Below, one piece after another: positions 29,624 to 37,877 of a stretch of DNA of 63,109 nt. This stretch comes from Thermoplasmatota archaeon (lineage in GTDB: Archaea > Thermoplasmatota > Thermoplasmata > Halarchaeoplasmatales > Halarchaeoplasmataceae). The position numbers were made by a program, and so were the translations under genes. Each line of letters opens with the position of its first letter. The stretch's first letter is position 1. The stretch is from NCBI GenBank assembly GCA_051745305.1, contig JBNJDY010000003.1, positions 1 through 63,109 on the forward strand. Direction: 5' to 3'. Under the pieces are notes generated by a model, which had not been told where the DNA came from, made no database searches, and saw only the letters and a program-made list of their open reading frames with translations.

Positions 29624-30130
29624 TCACTCGAGTAAAGTGATATTTTCTTTACCTATTTTTTTAACGACACGGTCGGCTATGCTCGAATCTATTATCTTCT
29701 CAAATTTTCCTTTGATAGATTTATGGATGATCACATGCATGATGTTCATCCGTTCGAATTCTTCGATTATCTCCTTAGATATGTCCTCAGTAGTTCTTAA
29801 ATATACGCCGTAAGGTATCTCGAACTCGTCCATCACCTCTATTATATCGGAAGCCATCTCATCTGCCCTCTGTTTCTTTGTAAATTGAACTTGGTTGTCT
29901 ATTTCTTCCTTCTCCTCATGGCCTAAATAAGCATCTACCATCCCAGTATCGGGCCTTTCTTTTATTATCTTGAGTATGACTACTCGTTTTGGATGTAATT
30001 TTCGGATTATTTTCTTTATCTTTTCAAGGGATTCTTCTTTGTATTTGTGCCCATAACTAGCTATTAGAAGCGATTCTGTTTTTTTCTTATTTTCTTTCAT
30101 TTTTTCATCGCTCATTGATACCACTACCAA
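29624..30130 (-). CDS. Universal stress protein-like (divergent)
   Basis: 168 aa. The alpha/beta pattern ending ...HVIIHKSIKGKFEKIIDSSIADRVVKK resembles the Usp C-terminus. Confidence 0.45.
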   Translation of the reverse strand: MVVVSMSDEKMKENKKKTESLLIASYGHKYKEESLEKIKKIIRKLHPKRVVILKIIKERPDTGMVDAYLGHEEKEEIDNQVQFTKKQRADEMASDIIEVMDEFEIPYGVYLRTTEDISKEIIEEFERMNIMHVIIHKSIKGKFEKIIDSSIADRVVKKIGKENITLLE

Positions 30131-30133
30131 ATA

Positions 30134-31543
30134 TCACCAATACCCTAATATTTTCCACCAGGCCAGACCTATAGTTAGGAAAGATAATATCCCAAAGATG
30201 TTCAGCAATAAGCCAGCCTTCAGGAAGTCTTTTGCTTCAAGCTGACCTGTTCCGTAAACCAACATAGCGCTGGGCGTACCTATAGGTAATAGGAATGCGA
30301 AACCACTTGCTAATGCTATGGTGAATACGGGAACTATGACAGAGAAACCAAGAGGAACCATAGCTGAGATGCCTATAGGTAATATAACTGCAGTAACCGC
30401 TGCGTTACTCATGGTACTCGATAAAAACACCGTAAGAGTGGCGAATACTGCTATCATCAATACTGGGTTGTTACCAATACCAGAAATTATTACAGAAGAT
30501 ATATTGTCTAAAAGACCGGTATGTGGCAATATCAAAGATAGGCTTACCGCCCCTACATAAAGGAACAAAGTACCCCATGGCATCCTAGATTCCACATCTT
30601 CCCAAGTAACGATCTTAGAAGCACCTATAGCAAATGCAAGCATGACAGCTACTACACCCATGCCGAGTATCTGTCCAACCGTAGCCCATGCTATGAATCC
30701 TGAGAAGAGAAAGCCGGCTGCCATCCCTTCACCCATCTTTATATCCCCCATCTTCTTAAGTTCCCCTTTGATATTACTTCTTATATTTTCCATATCAACG
30801 TCTTCTAGATCGTACAACCAGTTCAAAACCAAATAAACTACGACTATCATAACTAAAGAAACAGGTATAGATGCCACGAACCACTCGATGAATGAAATAG
30901 ATTCACCGGTATATTCCGTGTAAATCTCCACTGCCAATATGTTTCTAGCGCCACCTAAGAAAGTGGCTATACTTCCTACTGAAGTACCGTAAGATAATGC
31001 TAAAAGAGTGGCTTTAGCAAAATTAGATTCCAATATATCTTTTCTTTTTGTGTAAGCATAGATACCCAACAATATGGGGATAAATATAGCCGCTATACCG
31101 TGGGATGGCATGAGCATGGAAAGGAGTGCACCAACTGTAACGATACCTAATAGAAATCGTTTAGTAGATTTTCCAAAGAATTTCAGGAATGTAAGCGCAA
31201 CTCGTTTGTGTAGATCCTGAGCTTCGAATGCGATGGCCAAAACGAAGGCACCCATCAGAAAGAAGAGGGTACCCGAATGAAAACCATAAAATGCCTCTGA
31301 AGGTGGGATAAGACCTAAAATAACTGAAACTGAGATTATTAGGAAGGTAGAGAATATGAATGAAATTGGGGTGAGAAGCCACATGTATACTGCAAGGAAA
31401 ACGATAGCAACACCATAGTACAACTTTGGATCAGCGGCATATAAACTTGCTAATAATACAATCATAGAAAATACTGCTAAGCCAAAAGCCGTCTGGAAAT
31501 TGTCGTTCCTCAGCATATCAATTATGTTTCTTCGCTCCACCAT
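30134..31543 (-). CDS. Anion permease of the ArsB/NhaD / SLC13 (DASS) superfamily
   Basis: 469 aa with about 12 or more hydrophobic segments and a two-fold internal repeat. Confidence 0.75.
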   Translation of the reverse strand: MVERRNIIDMLRNDNFQTAFGLAVFSMIVLLASLYAADPKLYYGVAIVFLAVYMWLLTPISFIFSTFLIISVSVILGLIPPSEAFYGFHSGTLFFLMGAFVLAIAFEAQDLHKRVALTFLKFFGKSTKRFLLGIVTVGALLSMLMPSHGIAAIFIPILLGIYAYTKRKDILESNFAKATLLALSYGTSVGSIATFLGGARNILAVEIYTEYTGESISFIEWFVASIPVSLVMIVVVYLVLNWLYDLEDVDMENIRSNIKGELKKMGDIKMGEGMAAGFLFSGFIAWATVGQILGMGVVAVMLAFAIGASKIVTWEDVESRMPWGTLFLYVGAVSLSLILPHTGLLDNISSVIISGIGNNPVLMIAVFATLTVFLSSTMSNAAVTAVILPIGISAMVPLGFSVIVPVFTIALASGFAFLLPIGTPSAMLVYGTGQLEAKDFLKAGLLLNIFGILSFLTIGLAWWKILGYW

Positions 31544-31616
31544 GACGTTGAGATATGTACCAAAGGGTATAAATTTATTTTCCAGTAAATCTTAAAGGTG
31601 TAGAACTTCTAAAAAT

Positions 31617-32270
31617 CTATTTTACCATCAGTATTGAATGACCCTTTTGCCACTTTGAGATGTCTATACTAGTGACAATTTCATAACCTTTTTCTATCAC
31701 CTGTTTTACCAGATCATCGATGACCTCTTTTGAGGGTTTGGAAACGTCTATACTTCTAGATTTGATAGCTAATATTCCGTAATCCCCCTTTTCGATGAAG
31801 ATAAGATTTTTCAAAAATATATCTAGTTGATTACGCTGGGCGATATCCTGGTAAACAAAATCCATTTGTCTAACAATATCCCTATAGTTTTCTGGATGAT
31901 TAGCATCCGCCATTATCGGGAAGATATTCTTTCTCTTTTTAGACAATTTTAAAAGATTACGATACGGTTTTCTAGCCTTTTCGACCGCAAATATCCTACC
32001 ATCTGTTAAAATATCGGAGAGATGTGATACCGTTGTACCGTCTCCCGCACCTAAATATAGGATCTCGTCCTCGTGGCTGAAAGGTAAACCGCCTTCCTTG
32101 ACTAAAAACGCACCTAACTTACTTCTATTGGGGTCCCAGTTTCTGTATTCGAAATTATCTACTTCAACCAGATCTTCTCCGTAAACCGATTCTCCGGGAA
32201 CCAAGTTCATGGTATAATGTTTGCCTTCGATTCGGTGGATACCGTCTGAAACTAGTATCGGCTCTTTCAT
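31617..32270 (-). CDS. flpA: Fibrillarin-like rRNA/tRNA 2'-O-methyltransferase
   Basis: NLVPGESVYGE...YRNWDPNRSKLGA...ILYLGAGDGTTVSHLSDI...IKSRSIDV aligns along its full length to archaeal fibrillarin. Confidence 0.9.
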   Translation of the reverse strand: MKEPILVSDGIHRIEGKHYTMNLVPGESVYGEDLVEVDNFEYRNWDPNRSKLGAFLVKEGGLPFSHEDEILYLGAGDGTTVSHLSDILTDGRIFAVEKARKPYRNLLKLSKKRKNIFPIMADANHPENYRDIVRQMDFVYQDIAQRNQLDIFLKNLIFIEKGDYGILAIKSRSIDVSKPSKEVIDDLVKQVIEKGYEIVTSIDISKWQKGHSILMVK

Positions 32271-33361
32271 CTCATTTCATCCAAAACTTCGGGGAATTTT
32301 TCTGCAAATTTGCGAGCTCCCTCTTCAGGAACAGTGAAAGATATCCTTACGAATTTATCACCGGCCCTCTTTGATAGGTAGTTACCTCCACGTACGAATA
32401 TATCATGTTCGTAAAGGAGCTTCTCCTGGATCCTTTGTGGGTTTAACCCAGTTTCTTCTATATCTATCGCGAACATGTTGGTGTTGGATGGATACACGGG
32501 AAGGAAAACATCGGGAATATTCTCCACGGATTCTTTGATTATAGCTTGGTTTTTTCGTGACTGTTCCAACATGTCTGGAAGCCATTCCTTTTTGGTTTCC
32601 AACGCCTTTTTGGCTCCTACCTGTGCGATAACGTTTGCTGATAGAACGTTGGTTCGGTACTTGTAAAGTATATCTGAGTATTCGTCAGGCATGATCAGTC
32701 CGCCTAATCTCATGCCCGCAAAACCTAAATTCTTGGAAAATGAATATACAAACATTGTTCGTTCTGGTACAAAATCCGAGGCGAGTGTGTGTTCATATGC
32801 AAAATCCCGGTAGGTAATATCATCGATGACTATAAGATCGTTATCTTCGGCGATCTCACATATCCCTTTCACATCTTTTTTAGTGTATGACGATCCAAGT
32901 GGATTGAGCGGATCTATAAGAAGTATCATATTGGTATCTTTATCTACCTGTTCATTTACTTCCTCAACGGTCATCCGGTAAGGGTCTTTATACACGTCAA
33001 TCTCTTTTGGAACAGCTCCACACAATTCGATCTGATGATGTATTGGCATGAAACTCGGGTCCGACGCTATGACGTTATCACCTTCGTTGAGTAAAGCACG
33101 TGTAAGGGTATATGTACCTTCAATAGCTCCATTGGTGATGATGGCATCAAATCCATCCTTCAAACCTAGATCATCAAGTAACCTTTCTTTCAACCCAAGG
33201 ACTCCATCTCTATGAGGATAAAGATTGAATTTCTTATTTTGTAGGGCCTCTTTCATCGCTTCTAATATCTCAGGGGAGGTCTCTAATTGATTAGTATTCT
33301 GACTCATCCAGACGATTTTATTCTCCCTTTCATGGGCGTAAACGAACGGGTCTTTTTCCAT
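32267..33361 (-). CDS. Class I/II pyridoxal-phosphate-dependent aminotransferase
   Basis: SFSKNLGFAGMRLG (PLP lysine) and overall AspC-like layout. Confidence 0.85.
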   Translation of the reverse strand: MEKDPFVYAHERENKIVWMSQNTNQLETSPEILEAMKEALQNKKFNLYPHRDGVLGLKERLLDDLGLKDGFDAIITNGAIEGTYTLTRALLNEGDNVIASDPSFMPIHHQIELCGAVPKEIDVYKDPYRMTVEEVNEQVDKDTNMILLIDPLNPLGSSYTKKDVKGICEIAEDNDLIVIDDITYRDFAYEHTLASDFVPERTMFVYSFSKNLGFAGMRLGGLIMPDEYSDILYKYRTNVLSANVIAQVGAKKALETKKEWLPDMLEQSRKNQAIIKESVENIPDVFLPVYPSNTNMFAIDIEETGLNPQRIQEKLLYEHDIFVRGGNYLSKRAGDKFVRISFTVPEEGARKFAEKFPEVLDEMR

Positions 33362-33537
33362 TATAACACCAGATATGGTATAGCGAAGTGAGTATAAGTT
33401 TTTCGGGCAGAACTGAAAATCAATCTTAGAAAAATATTTATCGACCTTTCCTTTTAGGTGGGTGTAGGTGGCTCGTTGGTTTTATATACAACCTGCTTTT
33501 AAGAAGAGCACGTAAAGTGTTTTCAAAATCGCATCTA

Positions 33538-33636
33538 GCTCCCGTGGTGTAGTCCGGCCAATCATCTCGGCCTTTCGAGGCCGATCAAAACGGCCAAAGA
33601 CAGCCGATCACTCGGGTTCGAATCCCGACGGGAGCA
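33538..33636 (+). tRNA. tRNA-Glu (anticodon UUC) with a 24-nt intron at position 37/38
   Basis: Acceptor GCTCCCG/CGGGAGC plus discriminator A; anticodon stem TCGGC/GCCGA; loop CTTTCGA after splicing; T arm TCGGG-TTCGAAT-CCCGA. No encoded CCA. Confidence 0.9.
33578..33601 (+). other. tRNA-Glu intron with canonical helix-bulge-helix-bulge-helix motif
   Basis: The central 4-bp helix CTTT/AAAG is flanked by 3-nt bulges CGA and ACA. The inner helix is GGCCG/CGGCC with loop ATCAAAA. Confidence 0.8.
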
Positions 33637-33796
33637 TTTTTACTTTCTTTTAAAAATGCGTACGGAGGGATGAGAACCTCGGTTCTTAAGGAATTATAAT
33701 TCCTTATCTCACTCACCAGGTGTGCCTCGTGACGTGAGTCTATTTTGAAAAAATAGACGAACGGTTAGAATAAGAACGAAGTGAGTATTCTGAGCA

Positions 33797-33813
33797 GAAT
33801 CCCGACGGGAGCA
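33797..33813 (+). repeat. 17-nt direct copy of the tRNA-Glu 3' end (gaatcccgacgggagca)
   Basis: Exact match to 33620-33636, 160 nt downstream of the tRNA. Confidence 0.85.
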
Positions 33814-33954
33814 CTACTTCTTTTGGGACTCAATTCTCCGAAGTAAAAGAATTATGATCCCGACCAGTAGTGCGATTACGATCAAAAGAGCAACTGAAAA
33901 AGCATTTGATGTCGGTCCTACGGGACAGGTCTGGAGGTTGATGTTTTCTAACAT
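33814..33954 (-). CDS. Possible 46-aa single-TM protein (MLENINLQTCPVGPTSNAFSVALLIVIALLVGIIILLLRRIESQKK)
   Basis: Hand-translated. Its stop codon abuts the duplicated tRNA 3' end. Confidence 0.3.
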   Translation of the reverse strand: MLENINLQTCPVGPTSNAFSVALLIVIALLVGIIILLLRRIESQKK

Positions 33955-34063
33955 GTTTATACCTTATACCATTCAATATATAACACAGTAATACTAATAC
34001 TTTTGGAAGCGGAATTCACTCAATTGGTTTTAAATATAAAAAGCGGGTATCGTCGATTTACCC

Positions 34064-35707
34064 ATGTTGATCAATGTAGAAAACCTGGACAAAATAATAC
34101 GAGGTAGAAAATTACTCAAAGACGTTTCCTTCACGATCATGGAAGGAGAGGGAGTCGGATTTATAGGTCCAAATGGAGAAGGGAAATCTACATTGTTAAA
34201 AATCATCACTAGAAATGATAATTACTATACCGGAAGTGTAAAACTAAAGAATGGAATTTCCTATTCTTACCTCACTCAAGACATCAGTGTAGATAGAACC
34301 AAGACCGTAGAAGAAGAGCTGGAAGATGTTGAAGACGTAGACATAGATAAAAGAAAAGAACTCGAAAGATATTCTAGACTATTGGAAAAAAAAGAGCAGA
34401 CTTGTGAACAATATAGTGAGATCGCAAAACGATATTCGGAGCTGATGAATCAGTTCCATGAAGATAACACAGGGAGTTCAAAAGGTATCGCCAAGGATAT
34501 CTTGATCGAAGACTTTCATTTCGATGAAGATATGTTGTATAGAAAGATAGGGACTCTCAGTGGTGGTGAAAAAAGAAAGGTTGAGCTGGCCAACTTTTTT
34601 TCCAAATACAAGGATGTTGACCTTTTCATCATGGACGAACCGACAAATCATCTTGACCTTGAAGCAAAGGAGTATTTTGAAAAATATATCAATAACTTTA
34701 ACGGGACTTATTTTATGGTAGAGCACGACAGGGAACTGCTGGATAATACTGTAGAGAAAATCTTGGAGTTAGATAATGGTAAAATCGAAGTATTTCATGG
34801 TAACTATTCAGATTACGAACAGAAAAAGAAAACACGGACGGTCAACAAAAAAATGGAACTCGAACGGCTAGAAAAGAAAGTGAAAAGCGAAAAAAACGCT
34901 ATAAAGAGTTTAGAGATGAAAGCTAGCGGTGGCGGGGATTATATCAAAAAAGACAGGGTAAAAAGGTTGGAAGTGTTAAAAAACAAAAGGAACAGACTTC
35001 ATGACGAGTTAAAAGCTAAAGAAGTGAATATCAACCTGAATTTAAAAAAGACTCCAGATGAATATACCCTTCTTGAAGTTAACAATTTAACCAAGAGCTT
35101 CGATAAGGTGATCTTTGAAAATATCTCTTTTGATATGAAACCTGGGAAAAAAATTGCCCTAGTAGGACCGAACGGGTCGGGAAAATCAACATTACTAGAA
35201 ATCATCTTTGGGAACAAAAGTCCAGACTCGGGGAATGTCGATGTAGGTAAGAAAACAAAGATAGGGTACCATGCCCAAGAATTTATACCTGCTAAAGATG
35301 ATTACGTCGTTCTTGATGACATATGGGAAAAAACCTATGGTGAGCATAGACCGATAATCCAAAATACCAATCACCTTTCAAAAGATAAAGAAGAGAAACT
35401 AAGAAACTATCTAGGAAGTTTTGGTTTTACTGGAAACGATGTTTTTAAAGACGTAAAAGATCTGAGTGGCGGTGAAAAAACATTACTTTCTGTTGCCGAG
35501 ATGATGTACGGCGGCTGTAATCTTATTTTACTAGACGAACCTACTAACAACTTAGATATCGAAAAAACAAAGAAGTTGGAGGAATCTATCAAAAACTATG
35601 AGGGAGGTGTTCTCCTGGCATCTCATGATAGACGGTTCATTAAAAATGCTTTGGATGAAGCCTGGAGTATCAAAAAAAGTGATATCGAAAGCTACGTTCT
35701 TGATTGA
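34064..35707 (+). CDS. ABC-F family ATPase (two NBDs joined by a charged linker, no TM domain)
   Basis: NBD1: GPNGEGKST, LSGGEKRKVELA, LFIMDEPTNHLD. K/E-rich linker. NBD2: GPNGSGKST, LSGGEKTLLSVA, LILLDEPTNNLD. Confidence 0.85.
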   Translation: MLINVENLDKIIRGRKLLKDVSFTIMEGEGVGFIGPNGEGKSTLLKIITRNDNYYTGSVKLKNGISYSYLTQDISVDRTKTVEEELEDVEDVDIDKRKELERYSRLLEKKEQTCEQYSEIAKRYSELMNQFHEDNTGSSKGIAKDILIEDFHFDEDMLYRKIGTLSGGEKRKVELANFFSKYKDVDLFIMDEPTNHLDLEAKEYFEKYINNFNGTYFMVEHDRELLDNTVEKILELDNGKIEVFHGNYSDYEQKKKTRTVNKKMELERLEKKVKSEKNAIKSLEMKASGGGDYIKKDRVKRLEVLKNKRNRLHDELKAKEVNINLNLKKTPDEYTLLEVNNLTKSFDKVIFENISFDMKPGKKIALVGPNGSGKSTLLEIIFGNKSPDSGNVDVGKKTKIGYHAQEFIPAKDDYVVLDDIWEKTYGEHRPIIQNTNHLSKDKEEKLRNYLGSFGFTGNDVFKDVKDLSGGEKTLLSVAEMMYGGCNLILLDEPTNNLDIEKTKKLEESIKNYEGGVLLASHDRRFIKNALDEAWSIKKSDIESYVLD

Positions 35708-35759
35708 TGACTGTTTTTCAAAGTGAAAGTTTTAAAAATATTGGTATTAATCTAGTTTC

Positions 35760-36929
35760 ATGACCAACGTAGAATTCGGGATATGTGGAGATTTGGACCA
35801 TCATAGTACACCTAAAAAGTTGAATCCACTATCAACATTAAAAAAAGACGAGGTTGGAAAAATGCTGCTCAAGTTGAATAGACATCCTATGAAAAAGGGT
35901 CAGTTAATAGAAGGGTATGATAACCTCACAGAGGATATAGAAAAGTTGCTAAAACTAGGTGCGTTGAAAGAAGAGGAACAAGTTTACGTTAATTTCACCT
36001 TTTTAGATGCGGAGGATTCTTGCTTCATCTTCGAAGAATGCGAACCTTTTGGTAAAGATCTTTCCGAACTTATTCTAGAACGGAAAGATGATATTTTTGC
36101 AGTTCTAACTCAGTACAAAAATCCACAGGTATCTAAAGAAAAATTAGCATTTTTCATTATAGGTTGTTATCTGCTAGATTGGGGGTCCTTAGAATTATTC
36201 CGAATGTGGGATATTGCTAATCACAAGAAAACCCAACCCGGAGGAAATGAATACACTTTATGGGGGGAAGAAGAGGTCGACCAGATGTTGAAAAGGATAT
36301 ATTGGGGTGGCCACGCACTTCAAACTGGAGACTATATGTTTCATACTTTTGGTGATCATCACAAATACACCAGAAGAAACGCTCTACCCGACCTGTTGCA
36401 TGTTTTCCCGGATTTCGATTTTCAAGGCGGAGATGAGTTGAAAAAACTGTTGTTCTATAAACGCAAAGAACTAGCTATTGAATTGGGGGATGTTTTAGAT
36501 ATCATCTATCGTGAAAGGGATTTGAGCGATGAAAAAGGTAAACTTTTAGATTTTCTTAAGAAGATAGATTACATTGAAAATCAGAGTGGATTCAAAGTGA
36601 ACATACCATATTTCACAGAAGAGGAAGTTCCAATCATCGTAGAAGCTATCAAACCGATAATACCAGAGCTTAGGAAATGGGTTGATACTAAAATACCTAC
36701 TTTAGAGGAAAAACTTAAGCCGGCTAGACCACTTCAAAACGGAGTTCCTTTCGAGGAGGTCTTCATTCAAGTATGGCATGTGGTCTTCGGGCTTACCAAC
36801 AAATACCTCACAGAAGCAGGTATGTTCTACGATACCTACGAGGAGGGGAAGGGGTATATGCCTGCTCTTTTTAAAGGCAAAATATCAAAAATGGTTTTAA
36901 AAAATATACAGGACATCGGCATAGTTTAG
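35760..36929 (+). CDS. Hypothetical 389-aa protein, no recognised domain
   Basis: Long ORF with ordinary composition, 52 nt downstream of the ABC-F gene. Confidence 0.6.
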   Translation: MTNVEFGICGDLDHHSTPKKLNPLSTLKKDEVGKMLLKLNRHPMKKGQLIEGYDNLTEDIEKLLKLGALKEEEQVYVNFTFLDAEDSCFIFEECEPFGKDLSELILERKDDIFAVLTQYKNPQVSKEKLAFFIIGCYLLDWGSLELFRMWDIANHKKTQPGGNEYTLWGEEEVDQMLKRIYWGGHALQTGDYMFHTFGDHHKYTRRNALPDLLHVFPDFDFQGGDELKKLLFYKRKELAIELGDVLDIIYRERDLSDEKGKLLDFLKKIDYIENQSGFKVNIPYFTEEEVPIIVEAIKPIIPELRKWVDTKIPTLEEKLKPARPLQNGVPFEEVFIQVWHVVFGLTNKYLTEAGMFYDTYEEGKGYMPALFKGKISKMVLKNIQDIGIV

Positions 36930-36988
36930 TAATTTGCACAAATGGCAAACAGCCCTTATAAATTTATACCACCTATCCATTACACCAT

Positions 36989-37543
36989 ATGGTTCTAATG
37001 CTTGACAAAGAAGATGTCAAAAAAGTGAAAGACCTCTCACTCAGGGGTGAAAGGGCCTCAGATATAGCAAAAAAATTGGATTGTGATGTTGAAGCAATAC
37101 AGAAGGTTATCGGATCGGAGGACGTGATTACTGAAGAGATATCCCAAGAAAAGCAGTCCAAGGCTTTCAAAGGTTTTTCAGAGGGAAAAAACCCCGTTGA
37201 TTTGGTTGAAGAAAAACTCCTAAACGTAGATGAAGCTGGACTTCTTTACAAAAAATATGAAGAACTTTTAAAACTTGGGGAAACTAAAAACGATGAGAAA
37301 ATATCTATTGAGAAATTATCAACACAACTGGGATTACTTGGTAGTAGGTTGTCGAGGGTTGAATTGAAAGTGATGAATTCAAAATTACTACCTGAAACTC
37401 AGAAATGCAGTAAATGCCGCTCAGAATCATCCTATAGTGTTGGAGTCGTCTGTTCTAACTGTAATGAAATAGATATGCTTCAAGATGAAAAAGAACCCGC
37501 AGATATCGTAAAAGGTATTCAAGATCTTGTCCAGAGTAAATAA
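36989..37543 (+). CDS. Putative HTH protein with C-terminal zinc ribbon
   Basis: N-terminal GERASDIAKKLDCDVEAIQKVIG (helix-turn-helix-like). C-terminal CSKCRS...x...CSNCNE. Confidence 0.55.
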   Translation: MVLMLDKEDVKKVKDLSLRGERASDIAKKLDCDVEAIQKVIGSEDVITEEISQEKQSKAFKGFSEGKNPVDLVEEKLLNVDEAGLLYKKYEELLKLGETKNDEKISIEKLSTQLGLLGSRLSRVELKVMNSKLLPETQKCSKCRSESSYSVGVVCSNCNEIDMLQDEKEPADIVKGIQDLVQSK

Positions 37544-37550
37544 TATAAAC

Positions 37551-37811
37551 TCATTTATCTTCATTTTCCAAGATAGTTTTTACCATCCGTTTACCTTGGT
37601 CTAAACGGTCTAACCACATATTTTCCCTTTTTGGTTTCCATCGATTGTTTTCAAAAACAGCGTCCAAACCAGCTTTCATGGCCTCTGTACCTTTTTCCCG
37701 TATGAACCTTATCCTTTCTCTCTCGGACATATCTTCCGCTATCTCCATCTTTTCGTCCCGATCGAAATCTCCAAAAGTTAATTGTTGAGGTCTTTCAGCC
37801 ATATTTACCAC
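37551..37811 (-). CDS. Hypothetical 86-aa charged protein
   Basis: ORF only; 66 nt downstream of the DnaA-like gene on the same strand. Confidence 0.45.
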   Translation of the reverse strand: MVNMAERPQQLTFGDFDRDEKMEIAEDMSERERIRFIREKGTEAMKAGLDAVFENNRWKPKRENMWLDRLDQGKRMVKTILENEDK

Positions 37812-37877
37812 AGTTACAATTTAAACTCCAATACACGAACTAAATTATTTATTTTACGCTCAGAAAATCCGCCCTAA

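Noticed and set aside
33637-33796. C/D-box sRNA in the spacer after tRNA-Glu
   Set aside because: Only imperfect box-like strings are present (gatgag, ctga), about 120 nt apart. There are no C'/D' boxes or proper spacing.
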